A stretch of 64,000 nucleotides of DNA from Savitreella phatthalungensis (lineage: Eukaryota): positions 310,001 to 374,000 of the forward strand of contig AP039695.1 of NCBI GenBank assembly GCA_051599415.1, given 5' to 3'. A model generated the notes under the pieces. The model saw only the letters and a program-made list of their open reading frames with translations, ran no database searches and was not told the origin of the DNA. Of this stretch, positions 21,211 through 33,864 are shown in pieces. A program made the translations under genes and the position numbers. The stretch's first letter is position 1, and every line of letters begins with the position of its first letter.

Positions 21211-23073
21211 CTAGTGACCAAGTTGCATGGAGGTTGCCATGAGAGAGGCAACAAATGTCCAGCAGAGTTTGGATCGCACTGCCACGATGTCTTCCGGCAG
21301 CAGGAAGATGGTGGCACCCATCTTACGGGCGATCGAAATCGCTAGCCTCGCGTTCGAGTGCGCGTCCTCATCCGATCGACCGTCGGTGACAATGTCATAA
21401 TCGACGTACTCGGAACGCATGCCGGAAAGGACGTCGAGGAAGAATCTTCCGGAACGGAGACAGGGATCGCCGAAGTTCCTGATCTTCGATTTTCCACCAG
21501 CTTTGTCATTTGCCCATTTGATGATCTGCGAATCGGTGATGTCGCCACCCATCTTGCTGCCCAGGCGCTTGAGCGTCTCCGTCAGGTCTTTGCGCATGAG
21601 CTGCCAGCCGATCGATAGGATCGAGAGGCGATGACCATCAGTGATGTCAGCCCCTTGAATGCCGACGAGAGAGAATCGATTCTGGAGTCCTAGGGTGACA
21701 GCGTAGTTTGTGTTCTCCACCTGTTTGAAGCGTGACATTTCGCGGCCTTCGCCGGCGGGCTTTTTGTTGGCGGCTCGCCAATTGACGCTACCGGGCGTGA
21801 TCTTGTCGTATGCCTGCAGAAGAACGACGCCATCCTTGACATCCTCAAAGAGGTTGTTGACTGCGGGGTCGATGTCAAGGGAGTTCAGCCAGAGAGTGAA
21901 GACACGTGCTTCCCGTTCGCCTTCTGCATCAAATTCCTCAATGACGGGCTTCTCGCGCTCTTCAAGTGGATCGAGACCTGGATGTGTGTTGAAGAGGTTG
22001 GCCACGAAAGCAAGATTGAGCTTGGGATTACCGGCCACCATGGACGAAGCAGTCAAGTACTTTCTGCATTCGATCTTATCTGCATTCTGCAAGACTTGCT
22101 CGGCACGCTGGTGAAGGTCTTTTGTCTGCAGTGGAGCGCGGCTGCAGATCTCGGGTTTCAGCTGATTGAGCAGGACCGTGTAATTTTCTCCGTCGGCGAC
22201 GTCGGATGAGAAGTTATGCACCTTGCGATGCCAGCCTGCAGCCTTCAGGTGATAATTGAACCAGCGAAGTAGAATCTGTTCCGGTGGCAGTCGAAGGAAT
22301 TGCTCAAGCGTTTCGTCCTCTTCCAGCAGTCGGTAAAGCTCCGGATGGAGCTTGATGTCGATCTTGCTCAACAAACCGCGACGGATAATCTGCCATATCA
22401 ATCCGAGAATCAGATGCTCGCGGCCCTCCATGAGGTCCTGAGCGCCGATGTTCACGACGGAAAGACCGAGCGACTTTGCCGAATTGATCACAATATTGTT
22501 GTTCTCCGTCATTGTGAAGTTGTTGAGCTGCTTGCTGCCCTTTGACTTGTTCAGTACACGCTCATCGATCGTGTCTGGGACAGCATCGTTGATCAGTTTG
22601 GATAAGACGAGACCGTCTTTGCACTGATCGAACATCTCGAATGTGTCTGTCGGAAAAGGCAACCGCGCACCGATGTCGGCATCGCCGGCGAGCACGCCGT
22701 TGATGTGTCGAGTAAACTCTGTGCGCTCGTCGTCATTGATAGTGTGTGAAATATTTGCGTTGGCACCCCCAACCTTGATCTTGGCTTTCGAGACCTCCAG
22801 CGTGCCCTTTGATGAGCCAGATCGGATTTTCGAAACAAGCTCGACGTAGTCCTCGAGCTCAACGCGACCTGTGGAGTCCAGATTCACCTCTTTCAATGCT
22901 GCTCTAATCTCATCATAGCTCGACTTCTCACTGACCTGACACGCCTTGATGACAGCCTGCTGGTCGACAGAGCCTTTGTCATCGAGGTCTATCTTGTTGA
23001 ATCCGCGGACGAGCTCCTGAATCTGCTCGCCGGTGAATTGAGGGTATTTGCGCTGCAACTTTAGGGCGTTCAT
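21211..23073 (-). CDS. SAC6: Fimbrin/plastin (EF-hand-like N-terminus plus two actin-binding domains)
   Basis: Likely ATG at 23073 (MNALKLQRKY); HTINDDERTEFTRHIN, ILGLIWQIIRRGLL, LPPEQILLRWFNYHL, EREARVFTLWLNSL. Confidence 0.97.
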   Translation of the reverse strand: MNALKLQRKYPQFTGEQIQELVRGFNKIDLDDKGSVDQQAVIKACQVSEKSSYDEIRAALKEVNLDSTGRVELEDYVELVSKIRSGSSKGTLEVSKAKIKVGGANANISHTINDDERTEFTRHINGVLAGDADIGARLPFPTDTFEMFDQCKDGLVLSKLINDAVPDTIDERVLNKSKGSKQLNNFTMTENNNIVINSAKSLGLSVVNIGAQDLMEGREHLILGLIWQIIRRGLLSKIDIKLHPELYRLLEEDETLEQFLRLPPEQILLRWFNYHLKAAGWHRKVHNFSSDVADGENYTVLLNQLKPEICSRAPLQTKDLHQRAEQVLQNADKIECRKYLTASSMVAGNPKLNLAFVANLFNTHPGLDPLEEREKPVIEEFDAEGEREARVFTLWLNSLDIDPAVNNLFEDVKDGVVLLQAYDKITPGSVNWRAANKKPAGEGREMSRFKQVENTNYAVTLGLQNRFSLVGIQGADITDGHRLSILSIGWQLMRKDLTETLKRLGSKMGGDITDSQIIKWANDKAGGKSKIRNFGDPCLRSGRFFLDVLSGMRSEYVDYDIVTDGRSDEDAHSNARLAISIARKMGATIFLLPEDIVAVRSKLCWTFVASLMATSMQLGH

Positions 23074-23649
23074 GATGACGCAAGCGAGCACCTACAATGG
23101 GCGATTACCTACGATGCTTTTTCTCACTAACGATCGGAAGTGACGATCGCGCGTGTTGGGTGGGTGCGCTGAATCGATATTGCGATGACGTTGAGCGCAC
23201 TGAAATTGCGGTGGAGGACGACGGATTCCAGTAGGATGAAATACCGAACATTTTTGGTGCATGTCATTTAAGCGGCATCGTGTCGTGGCTGGATGCACAC
23301 CCGCGCGAATACATCACTGTTGTTAGTAGCATACACTTTGTTGGGTGCCTCGAGACTGCGTCGATCCGTATCCGAGTTAGCGTCAAATCGCGATCAGAAG
23401 TCGATGTCATTCTTGTCAAGACCCGCGATTCCTAATTGAGAGCTCGATCGAGAACGGCTGGCAAGTATCACTCACTGCGATAGGCAAGAACTTCGCTGCG
23501 GCTCGAAAGAAATCTCATGAGACTTGCAATGTAAGGGAGGGTCTCAAGCGGTCTCTTGTCAAGGCTGTTCATCAATGAGGAACGTGCTGTGCGGATGATC
23601 GTTGTCAATTGGCTAAGTAAATGATGAGCAACAGGACCTGCAAGGTTAT

Positions 23650-24393
<744 letters not shown>

Positions 24394-26344
24394 CCTGGAG
24401 TTCTCGAATCGCTGTGAAAAGGCGCGTGATCGTCAAAGAGTCGTTCCGGATTAGAAACAGAAAAGCGGTAATCGATGCGCCTTAGTTTCTGTCGAGTGAA
24501 CGTATTTGGACGGTGAATATCTCGTCGTCACCTGCTAATACGTGCACGTGTGACAGAGATCCTAAAGGCGCTTTCTTTCAGCTTTTCCGGGTCAGCAACG
24601 GATCAACGCCTGTCGCTCTTGAACGCAACGGGATTGTATAAAGCAAAGGGATGGTCTGGGGTTGAATGAGATGGGATTGTCTCGATGGGTCGGAGAGGAC
24701 TGAATATGGAAGATTTGGATTGCGAGATTGACGTGACGCTCGGGTACACTGTCGTTGGGACGCACGCGTGCTGCTGCTGCTTTGCTGATGGTGGTGCAAC
24801 GTAGCAGGAGTTAGAGTACTAGTGATTGATGGTCAACCACCACCGACTAGTATCGCTCGTGCTTGCGGCGTTGATGCTCCCTTGCCAGCTCCAGCTTGAG
24901 CTGCGGCTGCATCCTACCTGTGCGTGCTATCTGTAAAATTTGTTAGGCTTTTGTTTGGTAGAATGAGGCCGGTCAGAACGTGCGCATGAGTTCTGGCGAG
25001 CTGAGCAAGGATTTCCAGAAACGCTACACAGCGATATTTTTCAAATCTGGCTGGAGCTGATTTGAACAGTTCGAACAAGTCCAAATTGCCAATTCATTCG
25101 GTCTCTGGAAGGCATGCAGGACAGAGGCTTGAAATTGAGCGATGTATTCCCTGAGGTTGAGATCGAACACTATTCAGCTACTGGGATGTGGGTTAATGAT
25201 TCAATCTGTTCTACAATTAAATGATACATATATATGTTTATGAATTGAATTGAATTTATAATTTATAGAAATAGACCCAGCAATCTTACGTTGTGACCTC
25301 GCAATTTCTGCGCAGATATGCTAGTCCTGTCTTAGTCCTGGCCGCTCGTTATAGCACAGAACGCAATCAGTCAGTGGTACACCAGCGTGCCATTTGCCAC
25401 CAGCTCAAGAGTGACAATCGTGATTGATTGCACTCTCAGGACAATCTAGATTCAAGTGGGCTTGCACGCACTCTGTGATTGGCTTTGTCCCTCAAGACAA
25501 TTTGCAAGACTTGGTAGTCTCTGCAAGTGCATTCGCACTGCTCAACGCGCTGTCATGTAAGATGCACCCTGAGGGGTTCGCGACTTTCTTACGGAACCCT
25601 GTAATGCCTCTGTAAACCCGCGGTGAAGAAATGCTGCTCCGTAATAGACTCTCAAAGTCTTGCTGCATTTGAGAAAAGGTTTGACAACGGCATGAAGGGC
25701 AAATGACCACGGCGAGCACGACCACGAGAACGATCACTAGCATCTCTCCTATCGCAACGAGGTCATATCAGCCCTTTCATCCTGCGAACACTTTTGACTA
25801 GCATCATGTTTAGGTGAGGAGTAGATACGATGTTATCAGACCTCAAATCTTGTGAGCTTGCCAGAGGCTTTCGACTTCGACTACCCGTTCCTCTTTCACG
25901 CTGACTGGCTTTTACAGTCTTTGTGGCTCGGATCGATATCCAGGACCTGGACTGATCCGAACTCGAGTAGTCCGGCTTGTGGTCATTCAGACTCGGTGTC
26001 ATATTTGACCCAGGGTCCCGATTTTCTCGAGCTGACTCAGAGTTTCGAAGCGTCGCCCAGTCGAGGCCATCGTAATTCACCTGGACAGCAGCGACCTTGG
26101 CGATCTGCTGTCGGGCAACCTCGCACGACTTCGAAGCAATTTATCTGGCTCCGCAATTATTCGATTAATTGACATCAGAATTCTGGGGCTGCTCCCGATC
26201 CAGCAATCGCACAACCGAGCAGTTCCGCTGCATTGCCGAGACAATATCAATCGGTGTCTATGGTGGAGTGGATTTCCTCGCGACCAACGCTAACAACAGC
26301 TCATTGACATCACAGTTCAGACTAGAAGTTCGATCATCTAATAA

Positions 26345-27244
<900 letters not shown>

Positions 27245-27325
27245 GCTCGCATCATAACCACGCGCGGCAGATTGCATTGTCGCCTTGCAACACCTAAGAG
27301 CAGAGTGTATTCCATGCATCACTAA

Positions 27326-28318
27326 CTAAAAGACCTCATCTGCATCATCGGCCACTCCGTCATTGTGTATCGTTGAGCCGTTGGCGTCAGGATTGTGTAA
27401 TTGTGATGCCTCTATCGGTACTTCTTCAGCCATTGATGGTTCGGGCACTTCGAAGCCCTCTTCTGTCGAATACATGATCTCTTGGATCTTCGTTAAAATG
27501 CCATCCTCGATAGACGATGCAGCTGGGTTTGTCTCCACAGCTGCTTGAATCAAGATCTCGATATCTCGCAGCTTATTGAAGTAAAAATCTCGTTCCTTCT
27601 CCAGACCAGCGACGCATTCGTGTAACTCCGCCGCTTCTGCCTCAAGAGTGTGCAGTCTCCCAGCAGTCGCTGCACTGACAGTCCCGGTCGCAGTTGCCCT
27701 CGCTGTCGCACCCGAGCGTGCATTCGAAGATGGCCGACTCGACGAAGCGTTTGCCTCTTTTATCGTCGTCGTTGCTGCCCTCCGTTGCTGGGCGGAGGCG
27801 GTGCTCGTATTGGTGGATGTCGAGGCTGTGCGGCTTTGAGAGGCCCCCGCGCGTAGAACTGGCTGTGCAGCTGATGCGGTGCGAGTACTTGCTGGTGTGG
27901 CACTGCCACCGCGACGACTCGCGGCGTCATACTCACCACCTGGGAAATACTGCTCCCAGTGCCGTTTGCACCATTGAAGGAACTCTAAATTGTCTTGCAT
28001 CCTGCATTTCACGAGCTGCTCAACTGGTATGACTCGGTCGATCTTGTGCTTCGTGAATGTAGCTTGGACGACTTTCCAGTTCTGCAAGTATCGGTACTCC
28101 GCCGGTGGGTTGAAGTCCACCTTCCGCAATGCTACATCCCCATAAATTGAATCCAGCACTTGTGCACACGCATATCCTGAGCATTAGTTTGTGTCCATCA
28201 TGTAAGCGACACAGGAGCCATTTGGCACCTTACCCTTGCCAAATTCCTCCACTTTCTTGACTCCGAGGCCTGTGAGGTCATTCAGCCAGCCAAGTAGCTC
28301 TTGACGCGATTCACCCAT
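27326..28318 (-). CDS. mal3: EB1-family microtubule plus-end protein; exons 28318-28234, 28176-27326
   Basis: Intron 28233-28177 gives MGESRQELLGWLND...VEEFGK|GYACAQVLDSIYGD (CH domain); QDNLEFLQW; EBH motif LEKERDFYFNKLRDIE; acidic-aromatic tail DEVF. Confidence 0.96.
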
Positions 28319-28675
28319 GGTCGAATCCCTGTTCGGTAAGTCCAATCAACTGCTTTTGTGCTCGCACCCGGTCGTGCGCAGGCCCGATTATTGCGTTTGT
28401 TTGGTATCCTTGTTCGGTCTTGTTCAAAACATCTTTTTGTGACACCGGCCGGTACACATAATTGTTGAATTATACGAAAGGCTGGCCTATGCTCTGTTTG
28501 AATTCTGGCGCGACTGCACGCATTTTGCAGCCGATGTGTCAAAGCCACTGAGAAGCGCAGAATTCAGTCTAGGTCAAGTCAAATCACTCAATGGCAGACT
28601 CGCTCGAGAAGTTACGTGCTAATGCTTAATGCTCGTTGTAGTGCTCGTTCAAAGAGCTAATCATGTCGTTCGTCA

Positions 28676-30061
28676 CTAATTTTGCACCTTTTTAGGAGTC
28701 GCCGTGTCACGGGGTGGGTTGCCGTGGCCACGGGATCTTACGGTGTCGTCTGCACGTTTCTGACCACGCGAAGCGTTCTGTCGACCAGCGCGTGCGGTCG
28801 CCCGATCTCCGCGCTCCAATTGATCAAGCTGAGTCTTCTGCTTCTGATGTCCTTGGCCGCGTGCATTAGCAGACTGCGGCCCTGCTTGCTTTTTCCCTGA
28901 GCCCCGAGCAATTTCGCGCGGTGAATGTACATTCTCCGGTGGTTGCAGAACTGAGAGCACATGCTCTTCAGGCTCGATTTCTGCCCTGCTCGTTCTGGCG
29001 GACTCTGGCACGGTTTCCAGCACGCCTGGCTCCGTGCGGGCGAGAGTCAGCAGGTCTATAGCGTCTGCTGGACCATTCACTGGACAGGCTGAAGATGAAC
29101 CATGCTTGCCTTCAGCTTGTGCAGTGCCGACGCCGCTTACGTAGTTCTCAGACTCTTCTTGCACGGAGACCCGATCAATTTCCGACTCATTCAAGAACGA
29201 GATGCCTGAAATGCCTCCAGGCTGCGATTCGTTTACCAGGCGATCCTCAGGCGAGGTGATTTGAGGTGACAGGTCAATGCGCTCTGTTTCTTGATGTGCA
29301 AGGCTTTCAGCATCGCGTGTCTTAGGTTCAGGCTCTTCAGGCCGAGCGCCAAGGGCCTCTGAGAGCTGTCGATATGTCACATTTGAACCTTCCACGGTCT
29401 CTTCAGACTTGCTTGCCAAAGATTTTGCCGCCTGGAGTGATGTATCATCGGCTGCATATATGATTGATAGGAGACGCTCATGAGCCTCATTCAGGGATGC
29501 GTTCGCGGACGGGCTCTCTCGCAATATAGAAGCATGGTGAAGGAATGCGAACAGAGTCTTGACGACATGTTCCCCATCTCTACGTCCTTCCTGACGAGCC
29601 GCTTCGATGTCATCGGCTTCCTTGCGCTTGCGCTCGCGCTCTGTAGCTTCTCGAGTAAAACCAGCACGCCGCTCAAGCTCTCGAATCTGCTCACTCAGCT
29701 GCTGAAGCTCTCTAAGAGGGGCGAGGACTTGGTCTCTTCGGGCCAGTAGTTCCCTCTGATCTTCATTGAGGCGAGCTTGCTTGGTGACGTCATGTGCCAG
29801 CTCATCAAGCCTGTCCAGCCTACCTTTCTTCTTCATCAGAGCACGGAGTCGCTTTTGAAGAAGCTCAAGGTAGATCGAGTTGCCGTCGGCTGAATCGTCA
29901 GGGTATCCGACACCAGCAGAAGCATGTCCCGTATCGTCATGTCTGCTGTCAGCCGTTTCGACATCGTTCATCGGCTTCGACTCCCTGGCTAACTTCTGCA
30001 GGCGCTTGCGTTCGCGATTCGATACCTGGGTGGCGCCTGGCAGCGACTGCGTATCGGACAT
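28676..30061 (-). CDS. Caprin-like RNA-granule protein
   Basis: Likely ATG at 30061; YLELLQKRLRALMKKKGRL...LNEDQRELL resembles the caprin N-terminal helical region; FLNESEID resembles the caprin G3BP-binding motif; RG-containing disordered tail. Confidence 0.65.
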   Translation of the reverse strand: MSDTQSLPGATQVSNRERKRLQKLARESKPMNDVETADSRHDDTGHASAGVGYPDDSADGNSIYLELLQKRLRALMKKKGRLDRLDELAHDVTKQARLNEDQRELLARRDQVLAPLRELQQLSEQIRELERRAGFTREATERERKRKEADDIEAARQEGRRDGEHVVKTLFAFLHHASILRESPSANASLNEAHERLLSIIYAADDTSLQAAKSLASKSEETVEGSNVTYRQLSEALGARPEEPEPKTRDAESLAHQETERIDLSPQITSPEDRLVNESQPGGISGISFLNESEIDRVSVQEESENYVSGVGTAQAEGKHGSSSACPVNGPADAIDLLTLARTEPGVLETVPESARTSRAEIEPEEHVLSVLQPPENVHSPREIARGSGKKQAGPQSANARGQGHQKQKTQLDQLERGDRATARAGRQNASRGQKRADDTVRSRGHGNPPRDTATPKKVQN

Positions 30062-30525
30062 CTCGGTTCTTCTGCAGGGAAAGGCTGACTTTGCCAAACG
30101 TCTTCACAGCGTTGTTAAGCAGTTCTGTGTTCGACTTGTTCTGGTGTCGAATGTTGGACGTCATGTCACGCATGCGCATGGATACATGCATTTGCGCAAG
30201 GACCGAATGAATGGCCTATATGTATATTCGTATACAAGCATGCCCGCACTGTATGCTGGCTGCAGGGAAGCCATTCACAAGGGGCTCCTGGGGGTCAGCG
30301 AAGTGTTGAAGACTTGAATCTCGCGGGAATACAGTCTGCTAAGCAAGAGTTCGTGCTACACGTATACAGGACGCCAAGCGATTGCCTCGTGCTATGAGTT
30401 AACTCTGTCTATCATTTCCAACGTACAAGTGGACAATCCTGTCGGGCGCTTTCCCGTCTGGGATGGCACACTTCCGTGTTAGCTTGCTTGATCAATTAGC
30501 GGGGAGGCGCCACACGTTTGGAAGC

Positions 30526-33500
30526 TCATCTGTTTGCACACCGGGCATGGGCTTGGAGAGCATTCGCGACGAGGGCACGAGCGTGGGCGGTCATGGCTAA
30601 TGTAAGGCCTGAGGCCGGCGTGCCGCGTTCGAGCAATGCAGTGAGACAGCGATCCGCTATGTTGAGCACCTGTACCGCAGGAACGCGTATGTCAGCACGA
30701 GCATCGAGCTTCGGCGCAATAGCTATCAACCAGGACAACCTCGATTGCACCACATTTTCGCCGATATTGAGCCCGAGAGATAAAGCGTGGAGGAAGGAGA
30801 AAAGCGTCAGCTGGTCATCCGAGAGGCTGCTCGCAATGTCTGCGCGCAATTGAGCAGCGGGCTGCCATGCGAGAAATGATCGCACGAATGATTCATTATC
30901 CGCGCCTCCCGCATGCTGCTGGTGTTGTGATCTCATGATGAAGTCGACTATCATATCTTTGATCTGTGGCAACGTCTCTACGCGTCGGTTCTCATTTTGC
31001 GTAATTGGCATTGCACCGAAGGCTGTCCCGGCGGTATAGGGTCCTGTGCGGATAGGATTATGCTCAGCTGATTTCAGGGTCGATCCGGCATAGGTCGTCA
31101 ACGACAACAATCGTTCTTGCGCCCCACCGAGAGTGTCGAATTGGACATCGTTCGCCGAAGCGTGTGGCACCGAAAGAGCAGATTCAGGCATGCGAGCTCG
31201 ATTCGGTACAGGGCTACGCTCGTCCCTCATCTCTGCTTGAGTTTTCGATCGGTCTTCCAAACGAGACATCGCGTGGGCGAGTGATTCATCAAATCTTTTG
31301 ACGACGCCGTCGAGACCAGCGGTCACGGCAGTCTTGAGAGTAAGTGTAACAGTTTCGTCGAGCTTCGACGCTTGCTCATATTCGAGAAGGCCTTGCCTAA
31401 GCAAGCCCGGGACTTGCCTATTGAGATTGACGTCAACGGCGGCTTGGAGACTTCGCTCGGTGCTTTTGTCTAGGTAGTCCTTGATTAATTCCTTAACCGC
31501 GGGAAGGACTTTTGTCTCTATAGCCTCAACAACAGATGAGCGTACCAAGGCGGTCGTATTTTGGCTCAATGTCTGACTCACGAGCTTCAAGACCTCCTTG
31601 TGCCGCGTTTCGTTGTGCGCCTGCAGCTGTTCGACAGTGTGTTGATGTTGTGCTGCCTGCTTCTTCAGCTCAACCAGGAGTGCGGTCTTCAAATTTGTTT
31701 CAATCTTGGTGAATGCCTCCGCATTTCGTGGCTCAGTGACGTAAGCCTCTTCTTGCGTTCGTGAAGCTGGTGGTCGGCGGGTCGACCTACTAGCGCCGGG
31801 GACCTCGGCCGTTGCAACGCGCCCGGATTGCAAAGTAGTCCTTTTGGCAGGAGATGAAATGGCCGGACCACTCTGTTCAGGTAGGACACGACTGTCTTGC
31901 ACGTTTCTTGTGGACATTGACAGCTTCGGCACGTCGGTCTGATCGTCTGTCGACCCAAACCGATGCTGCTCGATCGGGGACATTCGTATCGTGGCACCAG
32001 CGATCTGTGCATCTTTGTTCAGCTCGGAAAGTTCGTGATAAGCAACATTGATTGCAGCAACGCCTTCGGTTGTTGCGACGAACAGCCTGGCTGGCGGACG
32101 CGGAATACTCGCCAAAGCGAACGATAATAGTTTGGCCGGCGCTTTTGAGCAAGGTCCCACGAGATGAAAGGATGTTAATCTGCCCGTGGGCTTGTGACTC
32201 TTGCTATTCCGCAGGCGCTGCTCAACCAATTCGATCGTTTTTTGTGGAGACGAGCGATCGACTGGGCAGCTCGTTTTGAAAATGTAGAGCCCTTGCTCGA
32301 GCTCTCTGTTAACGGCAAGTAGCTGAGCATCCCTATGGACTTCCAGCTTACTGCTCATATGAAAATTGTCCTGAGAGGATTCAGCTTTTGGCAAAATCAC
32401 CGTCTGACTGATGCGGCCGGCTGCGAGGTCGAGTAGGAATAAGTTGTCATTGTACTGCGTTCCACAGACGATGTGCTGTGGCGAAAGGAACTCGATCGAT
32501 AACAATTGCTGGTCTGCAGTCGTGATACAATCGAGGGCTGAAAGATTGCTTGTGGAGGCACGTAGCGGCCAAACGCTGGCAGATCCATTCTTGTCCACGC
32601 CAACGACAGCGGAACAGTCTTCCGAGATAGCGAAGTCTTTAATCGCTTTGTCAGCTTTACAGATGCAGAGGCAACTTGCATGGCGGGTCTCTGAGTGCAG
32701 CTTAACACGTTTGGAACCGTAAGCCGGGTCTGCTTGCGCCGCAGTCACAACGTCTTTCGTCCTGAACACATATAGGCGAGAGGTAATGGAGAGAGCAAAA
32801 TGCGAGCCATCAGGCGACCACTTTGCTCGGATCTTGTGATTGGAATCGGACGGTCCGGCGACCATGAAGACGGGCTTGCTTGTGCCATCAAGCTGAATGG
32901 TGTGGACGGCCACATTACTGTGCACATCTGTGCTCAAGATGATGTCCTGGAGGCTATCCGCATAATCGAGACCCGATGAGTCTTCTTGTCCGGGACGTGG
33001 GGCGAAGCTTAAGTTGATGACCTTCGCCCCGCCTATTGTCGATATTCTTTGAATCTCGTTCGTTTCGTGTGCCCTTAGGCTAATGTGCTCGCCATCGTCG
33101 TCGCGATGGGCGAAAGCGAAATGACTGTTCCCGACGGAAATCAAGTGACGATCAAGCATGTCATGCACTCGAGGCGCCTGGGCGACAAGTTTCAGCGAAT
33201 CTGCAGGGGTCATAGTGGGAGATCGCGGCAGCAGCTCGAATCTGTTATTCGGCTCATCTGGTATCGCAATCGCCGGTCGATTACGCACAAGTCTGATGGA
33301 CGCAGCGGGCATCGCAAGGCCCCGCCTCACCTCCGGCGACTCAATTTCTGGTGCGCCCGAGGAAGATGGCGTGCCGGCTTGAGGACTAATCGGCGGCATT
33401 GACTCTGGCTCCTCGTTAAGCTGTTCCGTGTTCGCGACCGCGGCGTCGAGCGCGTCAAAGGCATTTTTGTGCACGAAAGGGCTTTCACTAGAGGTGACTG

Positions 33501-33864
33501 GCAGCTGAGAAGGCGGAGCCATATGATCGAGATGTGCGGGTGGACCGGTAGAACTCTGCTCCGTGAAATCGTGAGTGGGTGTCAAAGGCTGCGGGCGCTC
33601 TGTCAAGGATTCTGGCGTCGTAGACGCTTGTGGCTGATGCATGAGTGCTGCAAGCAGATCGTGTGCGCTAACGGATCGAGTATTTTGGGACGTGATCTCC
33701 TCGACTGGACGGCTCTTAGGTGTGGAAGAAATTGCGCCTACGCTAGATGAATCGGGCTCGTCCCTGCTGGAACCTTGGTCTGCGAGATTGTTCGATGCCG
33801 TTTGGGAGCGATCGACAGGCTGCCCACCGGCCCCTTTGAGCAGACCGAGTAGAGAAATTGACAT
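30526..33864 (-). CDS. pdc1: Decapping scaffold EDC4/Ge-1/Pdc1-like
   Basis: N-terminal Leu-rich short motifs (SLLGLLKG, DLLAALMH), WD40-like region, coiled coil (RHKEVLKLVSQTLSQN), Ge-1-like C-terminal domain (QLTLFSFLHALS...RLSWL). Confidence 0.75.
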   Translation of the reverse strand: MSISLLGLLKGAGGQPVDRSQTASNNLADQGSSRDEPDSSSVGAISSTPKSRPVEEITSQNTRSVSAHDLLAALMHQPQASTTPESLTERPQPLTPTHDFTEQSSTGPPAHLDHMAPPSQLPVTSSESPFVHKNAFDALDAAVANTEQLNEEPESMPPISPQAGTPSSSGAPEIESPEVRRGLAMPAASIRLVRNRPAIAIPDEPNNRFELLPRSPTMTPADSLKLVAQAPRVHDMLDRHLISVGNSHFAFAHRDDDGEHISLRAHETNEIQRISTIGGAKVINLSFAPRPGQEDSSGLDYADSLQDIILSTDVHSNVAVHTIQLDGTSKPVFMVAGPSDSNHKIRAKWSPDGSHFALSITSRLYVFRTKDVVTAAQADPAYGSKRVKLHSETRHASCLCICKADKAIKDFAISEDCSAVVGVDKNGSASVWPLRASTSNLSALDCITTADQQLLSIEFLSPQHIVCGTQYNDNLFLLDLAAGRISQTVILPKAESSQDNFHMSSKLEVHRDAQLLAVNRELEQGLYIFKTSCPVDRSSPQKTIELVEQRLRNSKSHKPTGRLTSFHLVGPCSKAPAKLLSFALASIPRPPARLFVATTEGVAAINVAYHELSELNKDAQIAGATIRMSPIEQHRFGSTDDQTDVPKLSMSTRNVQDSRVLPEQSGPAISSPAKRTTLQSGRVATAEVPGASRSTRRPPASRTQEEAYVTEPRNAEAFTKIETNLKTALLVELKKQAAQHQHTVEQLQAHNETRHKEVLKLVSQTLSQNTTALVRSSVVEAIETKVLPAVKELIKDYLDKSTERSLQAAVDVNLNRQVPGLLRQGLLEYEQASKLDETVTLTLKTAVTAGLDGVVKRFDESLAHAMSRLEDRSKTQAEMRDERSPVPNRARMPESALSVPHASANDVQFDTLGGAQERLLSLTTYAGSTLKSAEHNPIRTGPYTAGTAFGAMPITQNENRRVETLPQIKDMIVDFIMRSQHQQHAGGADNESFVRSFLAWQPAAQLRADIASSLSDDQLTLFSFLHALSLGLNIGENVVQSRLSWLIAIAPKLDARADIRVPAVQVLNIADRCLTALLERGTPASGLTLAMTAHARALVANALQAHARCANR

